In this document: one piece after another, positions 16,196 through 25,977 of the stretch
How positions within the stretch are numbered: the stretch's first letter is position 1
Layout of the letters: each line of letters opens with the position of its first letter
Assembly: GCA_965219905.1 (NCBI GenBank)
Contig: CBDCOS010000004.1
Coordinates: forward strand, 48,696-112,695
Direction: 5' to 3'
Length of the DNA: 64,000 nucleotides
Source: an uncultured Candidatus Binatia bacterium
Lineage (GTDB): Bacteria > Desulfobacterota > Binatia > UBA9968 > JAJDTQ01
The notes under the pieces: model-generated
The model's database searches: none
What the model saw: only the letters and a program-made list of their open reading frames with translations
Told to the model about the DNA's origin: nothing
Position numbers and translations under genes: made by a program

Positions 16196-18901
16196 ATGCG
16201 AAAATCCATCGGCCTGATCCTGCTGGGTGCTTTTTTGGTGTTCTCGCTCCTGGGCGAGGCCATCTATCTCTACACGGACTATCTCTGGTTCGGTGAGATC
16301 GGCTATTCGGGCGTGTTCACCAAGACCCTGTGGATCAAGGTGCTGCTGGGCGTGATCTCGGGCCTGCTGTTCTTTGCCCTCGTCTACGTCAACATCAAGC
16401 TTGCAGCGCGCATTCGCGAAGGCGTGGTGCCGCTCAAGAGCACGAACCCGGAAGTGCCCGGGCCCGAGGAGCTGGATCCCCTCATCCGGCGGCTGCTGCT
16501 GCCGGTGGCCCTGGTGCTGGGATTTCTGGCCGCGCCCCAGGCGGCGATGCACTGGGAGTCGGCGCTGCTGTATTTCAACGGCGCCCCCTTCGGCATCCAG
16601 GACCCGCTTCTGGGCAAGGACATCGGCTTCTACCTCTTCCAGCTCCCGGGTCTCGACGCGATCTACCGGTGGTTCCTGGTGTCTCTCGGGCTCGTGCTCG
16701 TGGCCACCGCTTTCATCTACCTGCTGTACGGCGGGATCCAGTACGGGGAGGACGGACTGTCCGTCCACGGCGCGGCCAAGGTCCATCTTTCCCTGCTGCT
16801 GGCCCTGTTGCTGGTGGTGCAGAGCGGAGGTTATCTCCTGGATGCCTACAAGCTGCTCTACTCGCACAACGGGGTGGTGTTCGGCGCCGGCTACACCGAC
16901 ATACACGCCAGACTTCCGGCCCTCCGGGTGCTGGCGGTGTTGGCCCTGATAGCGGCCGTGGTCTGCCTGTTTCAGATGCGCCGGCCCGGTCTCAGGTACC
17001 TCGTCATCGGGATCGGGGCGCTGGCAGTGGCCCACGGCATCGGCATGTTCGCCTATCCGTCGTTCCTGCAGCAGTTCCACGTGGTCCCCAACGAGCTGGT
17101 GGCCGAGACGCCCTACATCCAGCGCAACATCCGCTCCACCCGCCACGCCTACGGCCTCGACCGGGTGGAGGCCCAGGAGTTTCCGGTCAACGAGGTGTTG
17201 ACGGCGGAGGACCTTCAGGAGAATGACGCCACGGTCAAGAACATCCGGCTGTGGAACTACATGCCGCTGTTGTCCACCTACGCCCAGCTCCAGCAGATCC
17301 GCACCTACTACGAGTTCGTGGACGTGGACAACGACCGCTACCACATCGACGGGAACTACCGCCAGGTGATGCTCTCGGCCCGCGAGCTGTCCCACGAGCA
17401 GTTGCCGAGCCGTATCTGGATCAACGAGCACCTGGTGTACACTCACGGCTACGGCGTGGTGTACAGCCCCGTGAACCAGATCAGCAAGGAAGGGCTGCCC
17501 GAGTTCTTCGTCAAGGACATCCCGCCGGTATCCAACGGTTTCATCAAGGTGACCCGGCCGGAGATCTACTTCGGCGAGGTGGCCAACGACTACGTGTTCG
17601 TGAAGACGCTGGCGCAGGAGCTGGACTACCCGGCCGGCGACCAGAACATCTACACCACCTACGAGGGCGAGGGCGGCGTGCCGTTGCGCTCGTTCTGGCG
17701 CAAGCTCCTGTACTCGGCCCGTTTCGCGACCCTGCGGATCTCCCTGTCCAACGACATCACGCCGGAAAGCCGCATTCTCTACTACCGCAAGATACAGGAC
17801 CGGGTGCAGAAGCTGGCGCCGTTCCTGACCTTCGACGAGGATCCGTACCTCGTGGTCACGCCGGAGGGGCGCCTCTTCTGGATCGTCGACGGCTACACCA
17901 CCTCGGACCGCTATCCGTACTCCGAGCCCAGGGAGGGCGTCGGCAACTACATCCGGAACTCGGTGAAGACGGTCGTGGACGCCTACAACGGCACCGTGGA
18001 CTTCTACATCGCCGATGCCGACGACCCGGTGGTGCAGGCCTATTCCAGGGGCTTCCCCGGCCTGTTCAAGGAGATGGAGGCCATGCCCGAGGCCTTGCGC
18101 TCCCACGTCCGCTATCCCCAGGACCTGTTCAAGGTGCAGGCGGGGATGTACGCCACCTACCACATGCGGGATCCGCAGGTCTTCTACAACAAGGAAGACC
18201 TCCTGAGCATTCCCATGCGCACGGTGGACGAGCAAGAGCAGGAGATGGAGCCCTACTACACCATCATGCGCCTGCCCGGAGAGGAGAAGGAAGAGTTCGT
18301 CCTGCTCCTGCCGTTCACCCCCAACAATCGCGACAACATGCGGGCATGGCTCGCCGCACGGAGCGACGGGACCCACTACGGCAAGCTGCTGGCGCTCAAC
18401 TTCCCCAAGGCGAGGCTCGTCTACGGGCCCAAGCAGGTCGACGCCCGCATCGACCAGGACGCGTTCATCTCGCAGCAGTTGAGCCTATGGGGCCAGCGCG
18501 GCTCGCAGGTGATCCGCGGAAGCCTGCTTGCGATACCCATCCAGGACTCGCTGCTCTACGTCCAGTCCCTCTACCTGGCCGCGGAGCAAGGCTCCCTGCC
18601 GGAGCTCAAGCGGGTGGTGGCGGTGTTCGGCAACCGCATTGCCATGAGGGAGAACCTCGAGGACGCGCTGCGCGAGCTGTTCGGCGACACCGTGGAAGGT
18701 ACGGTGGCGGCGGCGTCGCCGGCGGTTCGGGCCGCGGCCGTGAGGGAAGAGGCCGGAACTCCGGCCGGCAGCGCGCTGGAACACTACCGGCGTTCCATGG
18801 AGCTCCTTCGGGCGGGAGACTGGGCCGGATTCGGGGAGGCGCTGCGCCGCCTGGAACAGTCGCTCCAGGCCATGCAGACACCGTCTGCGCCGGCGCCGTA
18901 G
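16196..18901 (+). CDS. UPF0182-family large membrane protein
   Basis: 901 aa. N-terminal multi-TM region with YTDYLWFGEIGY, and a large soluble C-terminal region with YYTIMRLPGE and SLWGQRGSQVIRG motifs. Confidence 0.8.
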   Translation: MRKSIGLILLGAFLVFSLLGEAIYLYTDYLWFGEIGYSGVFTKTLWIKVLLGVISGLLFFALVYVNIKLAARIREGVVPLKSTNPEVPGPEELDPLIRRLLLPVALVLGFLAAPQAAMHWESALLYFNGAPFGIQDPLLGKDIGFYLFQLPGLDAIYRWFLVSLGLVLVATAFIYLLYGGIQYGEDGLSVHGAAKVHLSLLLALLLVVQSGGYLLDAYKLLYSHNGVVFGAGYTDIHARLPALRVLAVLALIAAVVCLFQMRRPGLRYLVIGIGALAVAHGIGMFAYPSFLQQFHVVPNELVAETPYIQRNIRSTRHAYGLDRVEAQEFPVNEVLTAEDLQENDATVKNIRLWNYMPLLSTYAQLQQIRTYYEFVDVDNDRYHIDGNYRQVMLSARELSHEQLPSRIWINEHLVYTHGYGVVYSPVNQISKEGLPEFFVKDIPPVSNGFIKVTRPEIYFGEVANDYVFVKTLAQELDYPAGDQNIYTTYEGEGGVPLRSFWRKLLYSARFATLRISLSNDITPESRILYYRKIQDRVQKLAPFLTFDEDPYLVVTPEGRLFWIVDGYTTSDRYPYSEPREGVGNYIRNSVKTVVDAYNGTVDFYIADADDPVVQAYSRGFPGLFKEMEAMPEALRSHVRYPQDLFKVQAGMYATYHMRDPQVFYNKEDLLSIPMRTVDEQEQEMEPYYTIMRLPGEEKEEFVLLLPFTPNNRDNMRAWLAARSDGTHYGKLLALNFPKARLVYGPKQVDARIDQDAFISQQLSLWGQRGSQVIRGSLLAIPIQDSLLYVQSLYLAAEQGSLPELKRVVAVFGNRIAMRENLEDALRELFGDTVEGTVAAASPAVRAAAVREEAGTPAGSALEHYRRSMELLRAGDWAGFGEALRRLEQSLQAMQTPSAPAP

Positions 18902-18909
18902 CCCCGAGC

Positions 18910-19959
18910 GTGAGGAGGACTCCACCGGTATCCGCCCGGCGGCTGGCGAGCCTGGTCCGGGATTTTCCCAAACGCCGGCTGCTGGTGGTGGGCGACGCGA
19001 TCCTCGACCGCTTCATCTGGGGCGACGTGGAGAGGATCTCCCCGGAGGCACCGGTGCCGGTGGTCCGGGTGGCGTCGGAGGAGCTCCGTCCCGGCGGCGC
19101 GGCCAATGTAGCGGCCAATATCCAGGCCCTGGGGGGCTGGGCGGTGGTCGGTTCCGTGGTCGGGGCGGATGACGCGGGGAGGTGGCTGACCGCCCATCTT
19201 GAAGCCGCCGGCGCTCTCACGCAAGGGATCTTCCCGGTTTCCGGGGTCCGCACCACCGAAAAGAGCCGGGTCATGGGCCGCCCCCGCCTCCAGCAGATCG
19301 TGCGTCTCGACTACGAGGGGGAGAAGACCCTGCCGCGCCATGCGGCCCGGCGATTGCGGCGTTTCGTCGAACAGCAGGCTCCGCGGGTTGACGGCATCGT
19401 GGTGTCGGACTACGGCAGGGGGAACATCGACCCCGAGATGCTGGACCTGATCGGCGGTCTGGCGGGGAGCAAAGGGGTCCTCGCGGTGGTGGATCCCAGG
19501 CGGGACAACTATGAACACTATCGCGACGTCACGCTGGTGACGCCCAACCAGGCCGAAGCCGCCGACGCGTCCGGAGTCGCCATCGACAACCGGACGTCGC
19601 TCCGGAGGGCGGCCGCAACGCTGTTGGAGAAGTGGCGCTGCAAGGCGATTCTGGTTACGCTTGGGCCGGACGGCATGAGCCTCTTTCGCCGGGACGGCTC
19701 GGCCAGCCGCTTTCCCGCGGCCGCGCGTCAGGTGTTCGACGTCACCGGCGCGGGCGACACGGTGGCGGCCACGTGTACACTGGCACTTGCCGCCGGCGGC
19801 TCCTTCGAGGAGGCGGCGACCCTGGGGAATCTGGCGGCCGGCACCGTGGTGGGCCGGCTCGGGACGGTGCCCGCCGACCTGAGGCAACTCCGATCGGCGA
19901 TGCGCGGCGTGGTGAAGGGAAACCGGCGTGGTGAAGGGACACTAGCGGGGGGCTTATGA
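18910..19959 (+). CDS. D-glycero-beta-D-manno-heptose-7-phosphate kinase-like (RfaE domain I, PfkB family)
   Basis: VVGDAILDRFIWGDVERISPEAPVPVV, GGAANVA and VFDVTGAGDT. GTG 18910 is the first in-frame start after the upstream stop. No adenylyltransferase domain is attached. Confidence 0.75.
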   Translation: MRRTPPVSARRLASLVRDFPKRRLLVVGDAILDRFIWGDVERISPEAPVPVVRVASEELRPGGAANVAANIQALGGWAVVGSVVGADDAGRWLTAHLEAAGALTQGIFPVSGVRTTEKSRVMGRPRLQQIVRLDYEGEKTLPRHAARRLRRFVEQQAPRVDGIVVSDYGRGNIDPEMLDLIGGLAGSKGVLAVVDPRRDNYEHYRDVTLVTPNQAEAADASGVAIDNRTSLRRAAATLLEKWRCKAILVTLGPDGMSLFRRDGSASRFPAAARQVFDVTGAGDTVAATCTLALAAGGSFEEAATLGNLAAGTVVGRLGTVPADLRQLRSAMRGVVKGNRRGEGTLAGGL

Positions 19960-20792
19960 GAAGCATGACCGGTTTTGGTCAGGCGATCCTCCAGGACCGG
20001 CAGGTCAAGGTTTCCGTGCAGATCCGCAGCGTCAATCACCGGCACGCGGACATTCACCTGCGCGTGCCGAAGCTCTACATGAGCCTTGAAGACGAGCTGC
20101 GCGAGCAGGCGCGGATGATGATCCACCGGGGCCGGGCCGACGTCTATATCGACCGCACGCCGCTCAAGGGGCGGGGTTATCGTCTGGAGGTGGACGACGC
20201 CCTCATGGAGCAGTACTGCGAGGCGCTGCAGCGCATCAAGAAACGGTTTCGGCTTCAGGGCGACATCGAGCTCCAACTGGTGCCGCGGCTGCCCGACCTG
20301 TTCCAGTTCAAGGAGCCCGACCATATCGAGGGCAGCGAGAAGCGCCTGGTGCTGCGGGCGCTGGATACCGCCCTGAAGGGTCTGACCCGGTCCCGGGACC
20401 GGGAGGGGCGCAATCTCCGGCGGGACATGACGGCGGAGGCGCGCCGGTTGCGGGGCGCCTCCCGCAGCCTGGGACGATGCGCCGGGGCCATCGACCGGCG
20501 GTTGCAGGAACAGGGGGCCGCGGCCAATCCCCTGGGCGAGGCGGGCAGCGGGACCTTCAAGGGAAGCATCAACGAAGAGGTGGTGCGGCTGGGTAGCCAC
20601 GTGGAGATGCTCTCCGGCCTCATGCGCGAGCGGGAACCCGTCGGCAAGAAGATCGACTTTCTGCTCCAGGAGATTCAACGGGAGCTCACCACCATCGGCG
20701 CCAAGGCTCCGCAACTGGAGGTGGTGCGGCTGGTGCTGGGCGGCAAGGAAAGCGTGGAAAAGATCCGCGAACAGGTTCAGAACGTGGAATGA
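19956..20792 (+). CDS. yicC: YicC/YloC-family protein
   Basis: MRSMTGFGQA, IRSVNHR, and the C-terminal DFLLQEIQRELTTIGAK...EKIREQVQNVE. ATGA overlap with the upstream stop. Confidence 0.85.
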   Translation: MRSMTGFGQAILQDRQVKVSVQIRSVNHRHADIHLRVPKLYMSLEDELREQARMMIHRGRADVYIDRTPLKGRGYRLEVDDALMEQYCEALQRIKKRFRLQGDIELQLVPRLPDLFQFKEPDHIEGSEKRLVLRALDTALKGLTRSRDREGRNLRRDMTAEARRLRGASRSLGRCAGAIDRRLQEQGAAANPLGEAGSGTFKGSINEEVVRLGSHVEMLSGLMREREPVGKKIDFLLQEIQRELTTIGAKAPQLEVVRLVLGGKESVEKIREQVQNVE

Positions 20793-21409
20793 CGGTTTCG
20801 ATCCAAAGCTTCACCAAGCGCCGCTCCGGGATCGTGTTCATCGTGTCGGCGCCGTCCGGCGCGGGCAAGACGACGTTGACGCGGAAGGTCCTCGGCATCT
20901 ATCCGGAGATGAGCCTGTCGGTGTCCTGCACCACCCGGCGTCCGAGGGAAGGCGAGAGGCCGGGCGAGGACTACCACTTCGTCTCGGAGAAGCGCTTCCG
21001 GCGGATGCTGGAGGCCGGAGAGTTCGCCGAGTGGGCGGAGGTGCACGGCAGCCTCTACGGCACGCCGCGTGGGGTGCTCGAACGGAAGCTCGGGCGCCGG
21101 CGGGACGTGTTGCTGGACATCGACGTGCAAGGAGCGCGCCAGATCAAGGGACACTTCCCCGGCGCCGTCTCCATATTCGTGCTGCCGCCGTCCCTGAAGG
21201 AGTTGCGTCACCGCCTGTCGGCCCGCGGCACCGATGCGCGCGAGACGATCCAACAGCGTTCGCACAACGCCGAGCGTGAAATTGACGAAATACGGATGTA
21301 TGATTACCGTATCGTCAACCGGGACGTGGATGACGCGGTGAAAAGTCTTGCCGCCATCATCGCGGCTGAAAGGCTCAAGGTGTGCAGATACACCCTGAAA
21401 CAGAGGTAG
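20789..21409 (+). CDS. gmk: Guanylate kinase
   Basis: P-loop SAPSGAGKTT, TTRRPREGE, YHFVS and GSLYGT. Confidence 0.9.
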   Translation: MTVSIQSFTKRRSGIVFIVSAPSGAGKTTLTRKVLGIYPEMSLSVSCTTRRPREGERPGEDYHFVSEKRFRRMLEAGEFAEWAEVHGSLYGTPRGVLERKLGRRRDVLLDIDVQGARQIKGHFPGAVSIFVLPPSLKELRHRLSARGTDARETIQQRSHNAEREIDEIRMYDYRIVNRDVDDAVKSLAAIIAAERLKVCRYTLKQR

Positions 21410-23586
21410 GGACCCGGCGACGGCCGAAACGGCCCACGGCCAACAGCGCCGTCACCGAGCTGCTCGACAAGGTCCTGCAGTATCAGCCCACGGCCGACGT
21501 CGACCAGCTGCGCGCGGCCTACGAGTTTTCGTCGCGTGTGCACAAGGGACAGAAGCGCCTTTCCGGCGAGCCCTTCCTGACCCATCCCCTGGCGGTGGCG
21601 AGCCTCTTGGCGGACCTGAAGCTCGACCTTCCCAGCGTCATCGGCGGAATGCTTCACGACACGGTGGAGGACACGCTGGCCACGCTGCCGGAGGTGGAGG
21701 CAGCCTTCGGCGACGAGGTCGGCGAGCTGGTGGACGGGGTCACCAAGCTGAGCCGCGTGGATTTCACCAGCCACGAGGAAAAGCAGGCCGAGAACTTTCG
21801 CAAGATGATCCTGGCCATGGCCAAGGACATCCGCGTGGTCCTCATCAAGCTGGCCGACCGCACCCACAACATGCGCACGCTCCAGTATCTTCCGCCGGAG
21901 AAGCAGCGGCGCATCGCCCAGGAAACGCTCGACATATACGCTCCCATCGCCCACCGGCTGGGGATCTACTGGATCAAGAGCGAACTCGAGGACCTGGCGC
22001 TCAAGCACGTCCGTCCGGAGATCTACACGCAGTTGAAGCGCGACGTGGCGCAAAAGAAGAAGCACCGGGAGAAGTACACGAACGACGTGATCTCCCGCCT
22101 GAGCAAGGCGCTGGCGGAAGAGGGCATCGACGCGGAGGTGAGCGGCAGGCCCAAGCATTTCTACAGCATCTTCCGGAAGATGGAGAACCAGGCCCTCGAC
22201 TTCAGCCAGGTCTACGACCTGGTGGCGTTCCGCATCGTGGTGGACACGGTGCGCGAGTGCTACGAGTCGCTCGGCGTCGTTCATGCCAAGTGGCGGCCGG
22301 TGCCGGGCCGGTTCAAGGACTACATCGCGTTGGCCAAGCCGAACATGTACCAGTCCCTGCACACCACCGTCATCGGGCCCAACGCCCAGCGCATCGAGAT
22401 CCAGATCCGCACCCACGACATGCACCGGGTGGCCGAGGAGGGGATCGCCTCCCACTGGCGCTACAAGAAGGGAAAGGACCTGCAGGTAACCGACATCCAG
22501 CGATTCGCATGGCTCCGGCAGCTTCTCGAATGGCAGCAGAACCTATCGGATCCCCAGGAATTCCTCCACAGCATCAAGGAGGACCTGTTCCCGGACGAGG
22601 TGTACGCGTTCACCCCCAACGGGGACCTGCAAAGCTTTCCCAAGGGCGCGACGGTCATCGATTTTGCCTACCGCATCCATTCCGACATCGGCCAGCACTG
22701 CTCGGGAGCCCGGGTGAACGGGAGACTGGTGCCGTTCAAGTACATCCTGCGGAGCGGCGACACCGTGGAGATCATCACGACCCAGGAGCAAACGCCGAGC
22801 CGCGACTGGCTGAAGATGGTCAAGACGCCACGGGCCCGGTCGCGCATCAGGGCCTGGATGGCCTCCCAGCAGCGGGAACGGAGCGTGGCTCTGGGACGCG
22901 AGATCCTGGAAGCGGACTTCAGCCGTCACGGGTTGGAGTATCGCGACCTGGAGCGGCAAGGCACGTTGAAGACGCTGGGGCGGGAGTTGGGGGTCAAGAA
23001 CGAGGAGGGATTGCTGGCGGGCGTCGGCTACGGCAAGGTGATGTCGCACCAGGTCCTGGCAAAGCTGGTTCCGGCGGACAAGATCACCGGCGACAAGAAG
23101 CAGCTCGAAGGGGGACTGGAGCGGCTGTTCCGGCTGGTCGGCTCCCGGGACCGAGGGGTCCGGGTCAAGGGCATCGACGACGTGCTGGTGCGGTTCGCCC
23201 GGTGCTGCCACCCGTTGCCCGGCGAGGACATTGCCGGGATCATCACCCGCGGAAGGGGCGTCACGGTGCACGTGGCGAGTTGTCCCACGGGGCTGGACAA
23301 CGATCCCGAGAGAAAGGTGGAAGTGAGCTGGTCGGACAATGCGCAGATGCCCCGTGCGGTGAAGATCGAGGTGAGCTGCGCCGACAAGCCGGGCCTTTTG
23401 GCGGCCATCAGCGCGGCGATCTCGGAGGCGGGAGTGAACATCGCCCGCGCTCATATACGAACGTTCGACGACAAGGCCGTCAACACGTTCGAGATCATGA
23501 TCGGAAGCTCCGACCAACTGAGGCAGGTGCTACAGGACATCTCCAGGGTGAAGGGGGTGTACCAGGCGAGCCGGGTCCAGGGTTAG
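21382..23586 (+). CDS. rel: Bifunctional (p)ppGpp synthetase/hydrolase (RelA/SpoT homolog)
   Basis: HD domain (HKGQKRLSGEPFLTHP, HDTVEDT), synthetase domain (GRPKHFYSIFRKM, YQSLHTTV), TGS domain, and a C-terminal ACT domain. The GTG start at 21382 overlaps gmk by 28 nt, so the exact start is uncertain. Confidence 0.85.
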   Translation: MQIHPETEVGTRRRPKRPTANSAVTELLDKVLQYQPTADVDQLRAAYEFSSRVHKGQKRLSGEPFLTHPLAVASLLADLKLDLPSVIGGMLHDTVEDTLATLPEVEAAFGDEVGELVDGVTKLSRVDFTSHEEKQAENFRKMILAMAKDIRVVLIKLADRTHNMRTLQYLPPEKQRRIAQETLDIYAPIAHRLGIYWIKSELEDLALKHVRPEIYTQLKRDVAQKKKHREKYTNDVISRLSKALAEEGIDAEVSGRPKHFYSIFRKMENQALDFSQVYDLVAFRIVVDTVRECYESLGVVHAKWRPVPGRFKDYIALAKPNMYQSLHTTVIGPNAQRIEIQIRTHDMHRVAEEGIASHWRYKKGKDLQVTDIQRFAWLRQLLEWQQNLSDPQEFLHSIKEDLFPDEVYAFTPNGDLQSFPKGATVIDFAYRIHSDIGQHCSGARVNGRLVPFKYILRSGDTVEIITTQEQTPSRDWLKMVKTPRARSRIRAWMASQQRERSVALGREILEADFSRHGLEYRDLERQGTLKTLGRELGVKNEEGLLAGVGYGKVMSHQVLAKLVPADKITGDKKQLEGGLERLFRLVGSRDRGVRVKGIDDVLVRFARCCHPLPGEDIAGIITRGRGVTVHVASCPTGLDNDPERKVEVSWSDNAQMPRAVKIEVSCADKPGLLAAISAAISEAGVNIARAHIRTFDDKAVNTFEIMIGSSDQLRQVLQDISRVKGVYQASRVQG

Positions 23587-23629
23587 CTCGCTTCATGCGT
23601 GGCCGGCGTCTCGGCGCGTGATACGTTTC

Positions 23630-23821
23630 TCAAGCGACCTTTTCGACTTTTCCCGACCTCAGACAACGCGTGCAGACACGAATGCGCCGCACCTCGCCGT
23701 TCACGCGTGCCCGGACCTGCTGCAGGTTCGGGAGCCAGCGGCGCCTGGTCTTGTTGTTCGCGTGGCTAACGTTGTTTCCGACGGAAGGTCCCTTGTCGCA
23801 AATGATACATATTCTGGCCAT
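23630..23821 (-). CDS. rpmB: 50S ribosomal protein L28
   Basis: [34 protein letters not shown] is a textbook L28 N-terminus. Confidence 0.9.
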   Translation of the reverse strand: MARICIICDKGPSVGNNVSHANNKTRRRWLPNLQQVRARVNGEVRRIRVCTRCLRSGKVEKVA

Positions 23822-24082
23822 GGCTGCTGTTTTCGAGTCCTTTCAATGGGTTCTGCGGCGCAATAGTCCGTTACTCGGCAGAGGATATCACAGGGAGCCC
23901 GATTTGCGAAACAGGTGAGGCAATCCACCGCGGGGTGAGTAATCCACCGTTTCCAGGGTGGCGATGCAGGGTCTTGATCCTGGATGTTGTCATCACGTCG
24001 GGACCGGAAGAACGGCACGTATCCAATTGTCTTTTGAATGGTATCATGCTAACGGTTACACAATCATTCAAGAGGGGGAAAA

Positions 24083-24463
24083 ATGGTCCTGGATTTGAGG
24101 GTCAGCGTCAAAAGGCAGCTCGACCGTTTGCGCAAGGACTTGGCCGCCGCCACGGAGCGCGTCGGTGCGTTGCGCGACGAGATCAGGCGGCATGAACAGA
24201 TCTACGGGATGCTGGAAGGAAACGCCGGGAAGGGCAGGCGGGCCGGTCGACCCCCGGGAGGTCAGAAGCGGGGTCCGCAAGGTTCGATGATCGACTGGAA
24301 CGGGATCTTCGAGACCCTGCCCGCCGAGTTCACCCTGGATACGCTCGGCGCCAACAAGACCGCAAGGGAGAAGCCCCGCGCCTACCTGCGGCAGGTGGTC
24401 GTGCGGTGGTCGAAGGAAGGCCGGATCGAGCGTACCGGGAGAGGCAAGTATCAGAAGGTCTGA
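24083..24463 (+). CDS. Hypothetical protein: coiled-coil N-terminus, G/R/P-rich linker, winged-helix-like C-terminus
   Basis: GAGGGGG RBS and G/C-rich third codon positions. The C-terminus YLRQVVVRWSKEGRIERTGRGKYQK looks like a recognition helix plus wing. I recognise no family. Confidence 0.5.
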   Translation: MVLDLRVSVKRQLDRLRKDLAAATERVGALRDEIRRHEQIYGMLEGNAGKGRRAGRPPGGQKRGPQGSMIDWNGIFETLPAEFTLDTLGANKTAREKPRAYLRQVVVRWSKEGRIERTGRGKYQKV

Positions 24464-24520
24464 CCCCGCGGGTCCGGGCCGTTGAAGCGTGTGACGGAAG
24501 GGAAATCACTGGAGGTAACG

Positions 24521-25960
24521 ATGCAATTCAATGACTGTCGCGAGTGGATCGACAAAGCGGATGCGATGGGAGAGCTCAAGACCCTGAAGGGCTGCGATTG
24601 GGATCTCGAGATCGGTGCCATCACCGAGATGGTGATGCGCAGGGAAGACGGCCCGGCGGTGCTGTTCGACGAGATCAAGGACCACCCCAAGGGTTACCGC
24701 GTCCTGTCCAACTCGCTGAGCTCCCGGAAGCGGATCGGTTTGACGCTGAACCTGCCGCCCGGCGACAGCAAGATGGAGTTCGTCAATACGTGGCGCGAAC
24801 ACTACAAGAAGATCAAGCCCATTCCCGCGAAGGTGCTGAAGGACGGTCCGGTGTTCGAGAACGTCTTCGAGGATGGCAACATCGATCTGCTCAAGTTTCC
24901 CACGCCCAGGTGGCATGAGCGGGACGGCGGCCGCTACATCGGCACCGGCAGCATCGACATCACCGCCGACCGCGATGAAGGCTGGACCAACTGGGGCACG
25001 TATCGCGTCATGGTCCACGACTCCGACACGGTGGGATTCTACATCTCTCCGGGCAAGCACGGCCGGATCCACCGGGACAAGTACCAGCAGACGGGAGAAT
25101 CCTTCAAGATGGCCATGTCCTTCGGCCACGACCCGCTGGTCTTCCTCGGCGGCAGCATCGAAGTGCCTTACGGGGTGCCCGAGTACGACTTCATCGGGGG
25201 TATTCGGGGAGAGCCCCTGGAAGTCGTCAAGGCGCCGTACTCCGGCCTGATGGTTCCCGCCAACGCCGAGATCGTCGTGGAAGGCGACGTGGTCTTCGGC
25301 GAGGACCGGGTGGAGGGCCCGTTCGGTGAGTGGACCGGCTACTACGCCAGCGCGGAGCGGAACGAGCCCATCGTGAAGATCAAGCGGATGTACCACAGGA
25401 ACGATCCCATCATCCTGGGCTCGCCTCCGGGAAGACCCCCCGCCGAGCTGGGCTGGTACCGGTCGTATCTGCGTTCGGCGCTGATCTGGGACGAGATGGA
25501 GAAGGCGGGGGTTCCCGACGTGAAGGGAGTGTGGTTGATGGTGGCCGGCGGAAGCCGCCTGGTCATGGTGGTCTCCATCAAGCAGCGCTATCCCGGACAC
25601 GCGCGCCAGGCCGCCGTGGTGGCCTCCCAGTGTCACGCGGGCGCCTACCTGGGCCGATACGTCATCGTGGTCGACGATGACATCGATCCCTCCAACACCG
25701 ACGATGTGATCTGGGCCATGGCCACGCGTTCGGATCCGGACGCCGACATCGACATCATCCGCCGGGCCTGGAGCGGACCCCTGGACCCGATCGTGCATCC
25801 CACGAAGAAGGGGTTCAATTCCCGCGCCATCATCGACGCGTGCCGCCCGTACGAATGGATGAGCGAGTTCCCGCCGGTGGCGGAGTCGAGCCCGGAAGTG
25901 CTCGACGCCACCGCGAAGAAATGGGGCAAGGTGCTGTTCAGCAGCAACGGGGCCGGCTGA
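24521..25960 (+). CDS. UbiD-family decarboxylase, paralog 2
   Basis: GGRYIGTG, WGTYRVMV, RVEGPFGEWTGYY and VVDDDIDPSNTDDVIWAMATR. GGAGG lies 6 nt before ATG 24521; the track ORF starts at TTG 24482. Confidence 0.85.
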   Translation: MQFNDCREWIDKADAMGELKTLKGCDWDLEIGAITEMVMRREDGPAVLFDEIKDHPKGYRVLSNSLSSRKRIGLTLNLPPGDSKMEFVNTWREHYKKIKPIPAKVLKDGPVFENVFEDGNIDLLKFPTPRWHERDGGRYIGTGSIDITADRDEGWTNWGTYRVMVHDSDTVGFYISPGKHGRIHRDKYQQTGESFKMAMSFGHDPLVFLGGSIEVPYGVPEYDFIGGIRGEPLEVVKAPYSGLMVPANAEIVVEGDVVFGEDRVEGPFGEWTGYYASAERNEPIVKIKRMYHRNDPIILGSPPGRPPAELGWYRSYLRSALIWDEMEKAGVPDVKGVWLMVAGGSRLVMVVSIKQRYPGHARQAAVVASQCHAGAYLGRYVIVVDDDIDPSNTDDVIWAMATRSDPDADIDIIRRAWSGPLDPIVHPTKKGFNSRAIIDACRPYEWMSEFPPVAESSPEVLDATAKKWGKVLFSSNGAG

Positions 25961-25977
25961 TACCCACGGGTTGAAAG

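Noticed and set aside
14261-18376. 1371-aa ORF on the minus strand
   Set aside because: It is antisense to three strongly recognisable plus-strand genes (NUDIX hydrolase, TPP enzyme, UPF0182). Its composition is dominated by R/G/H/P/V/L with no motifs. This is the typical stop-poor antisense frame of a GC-rich genome.
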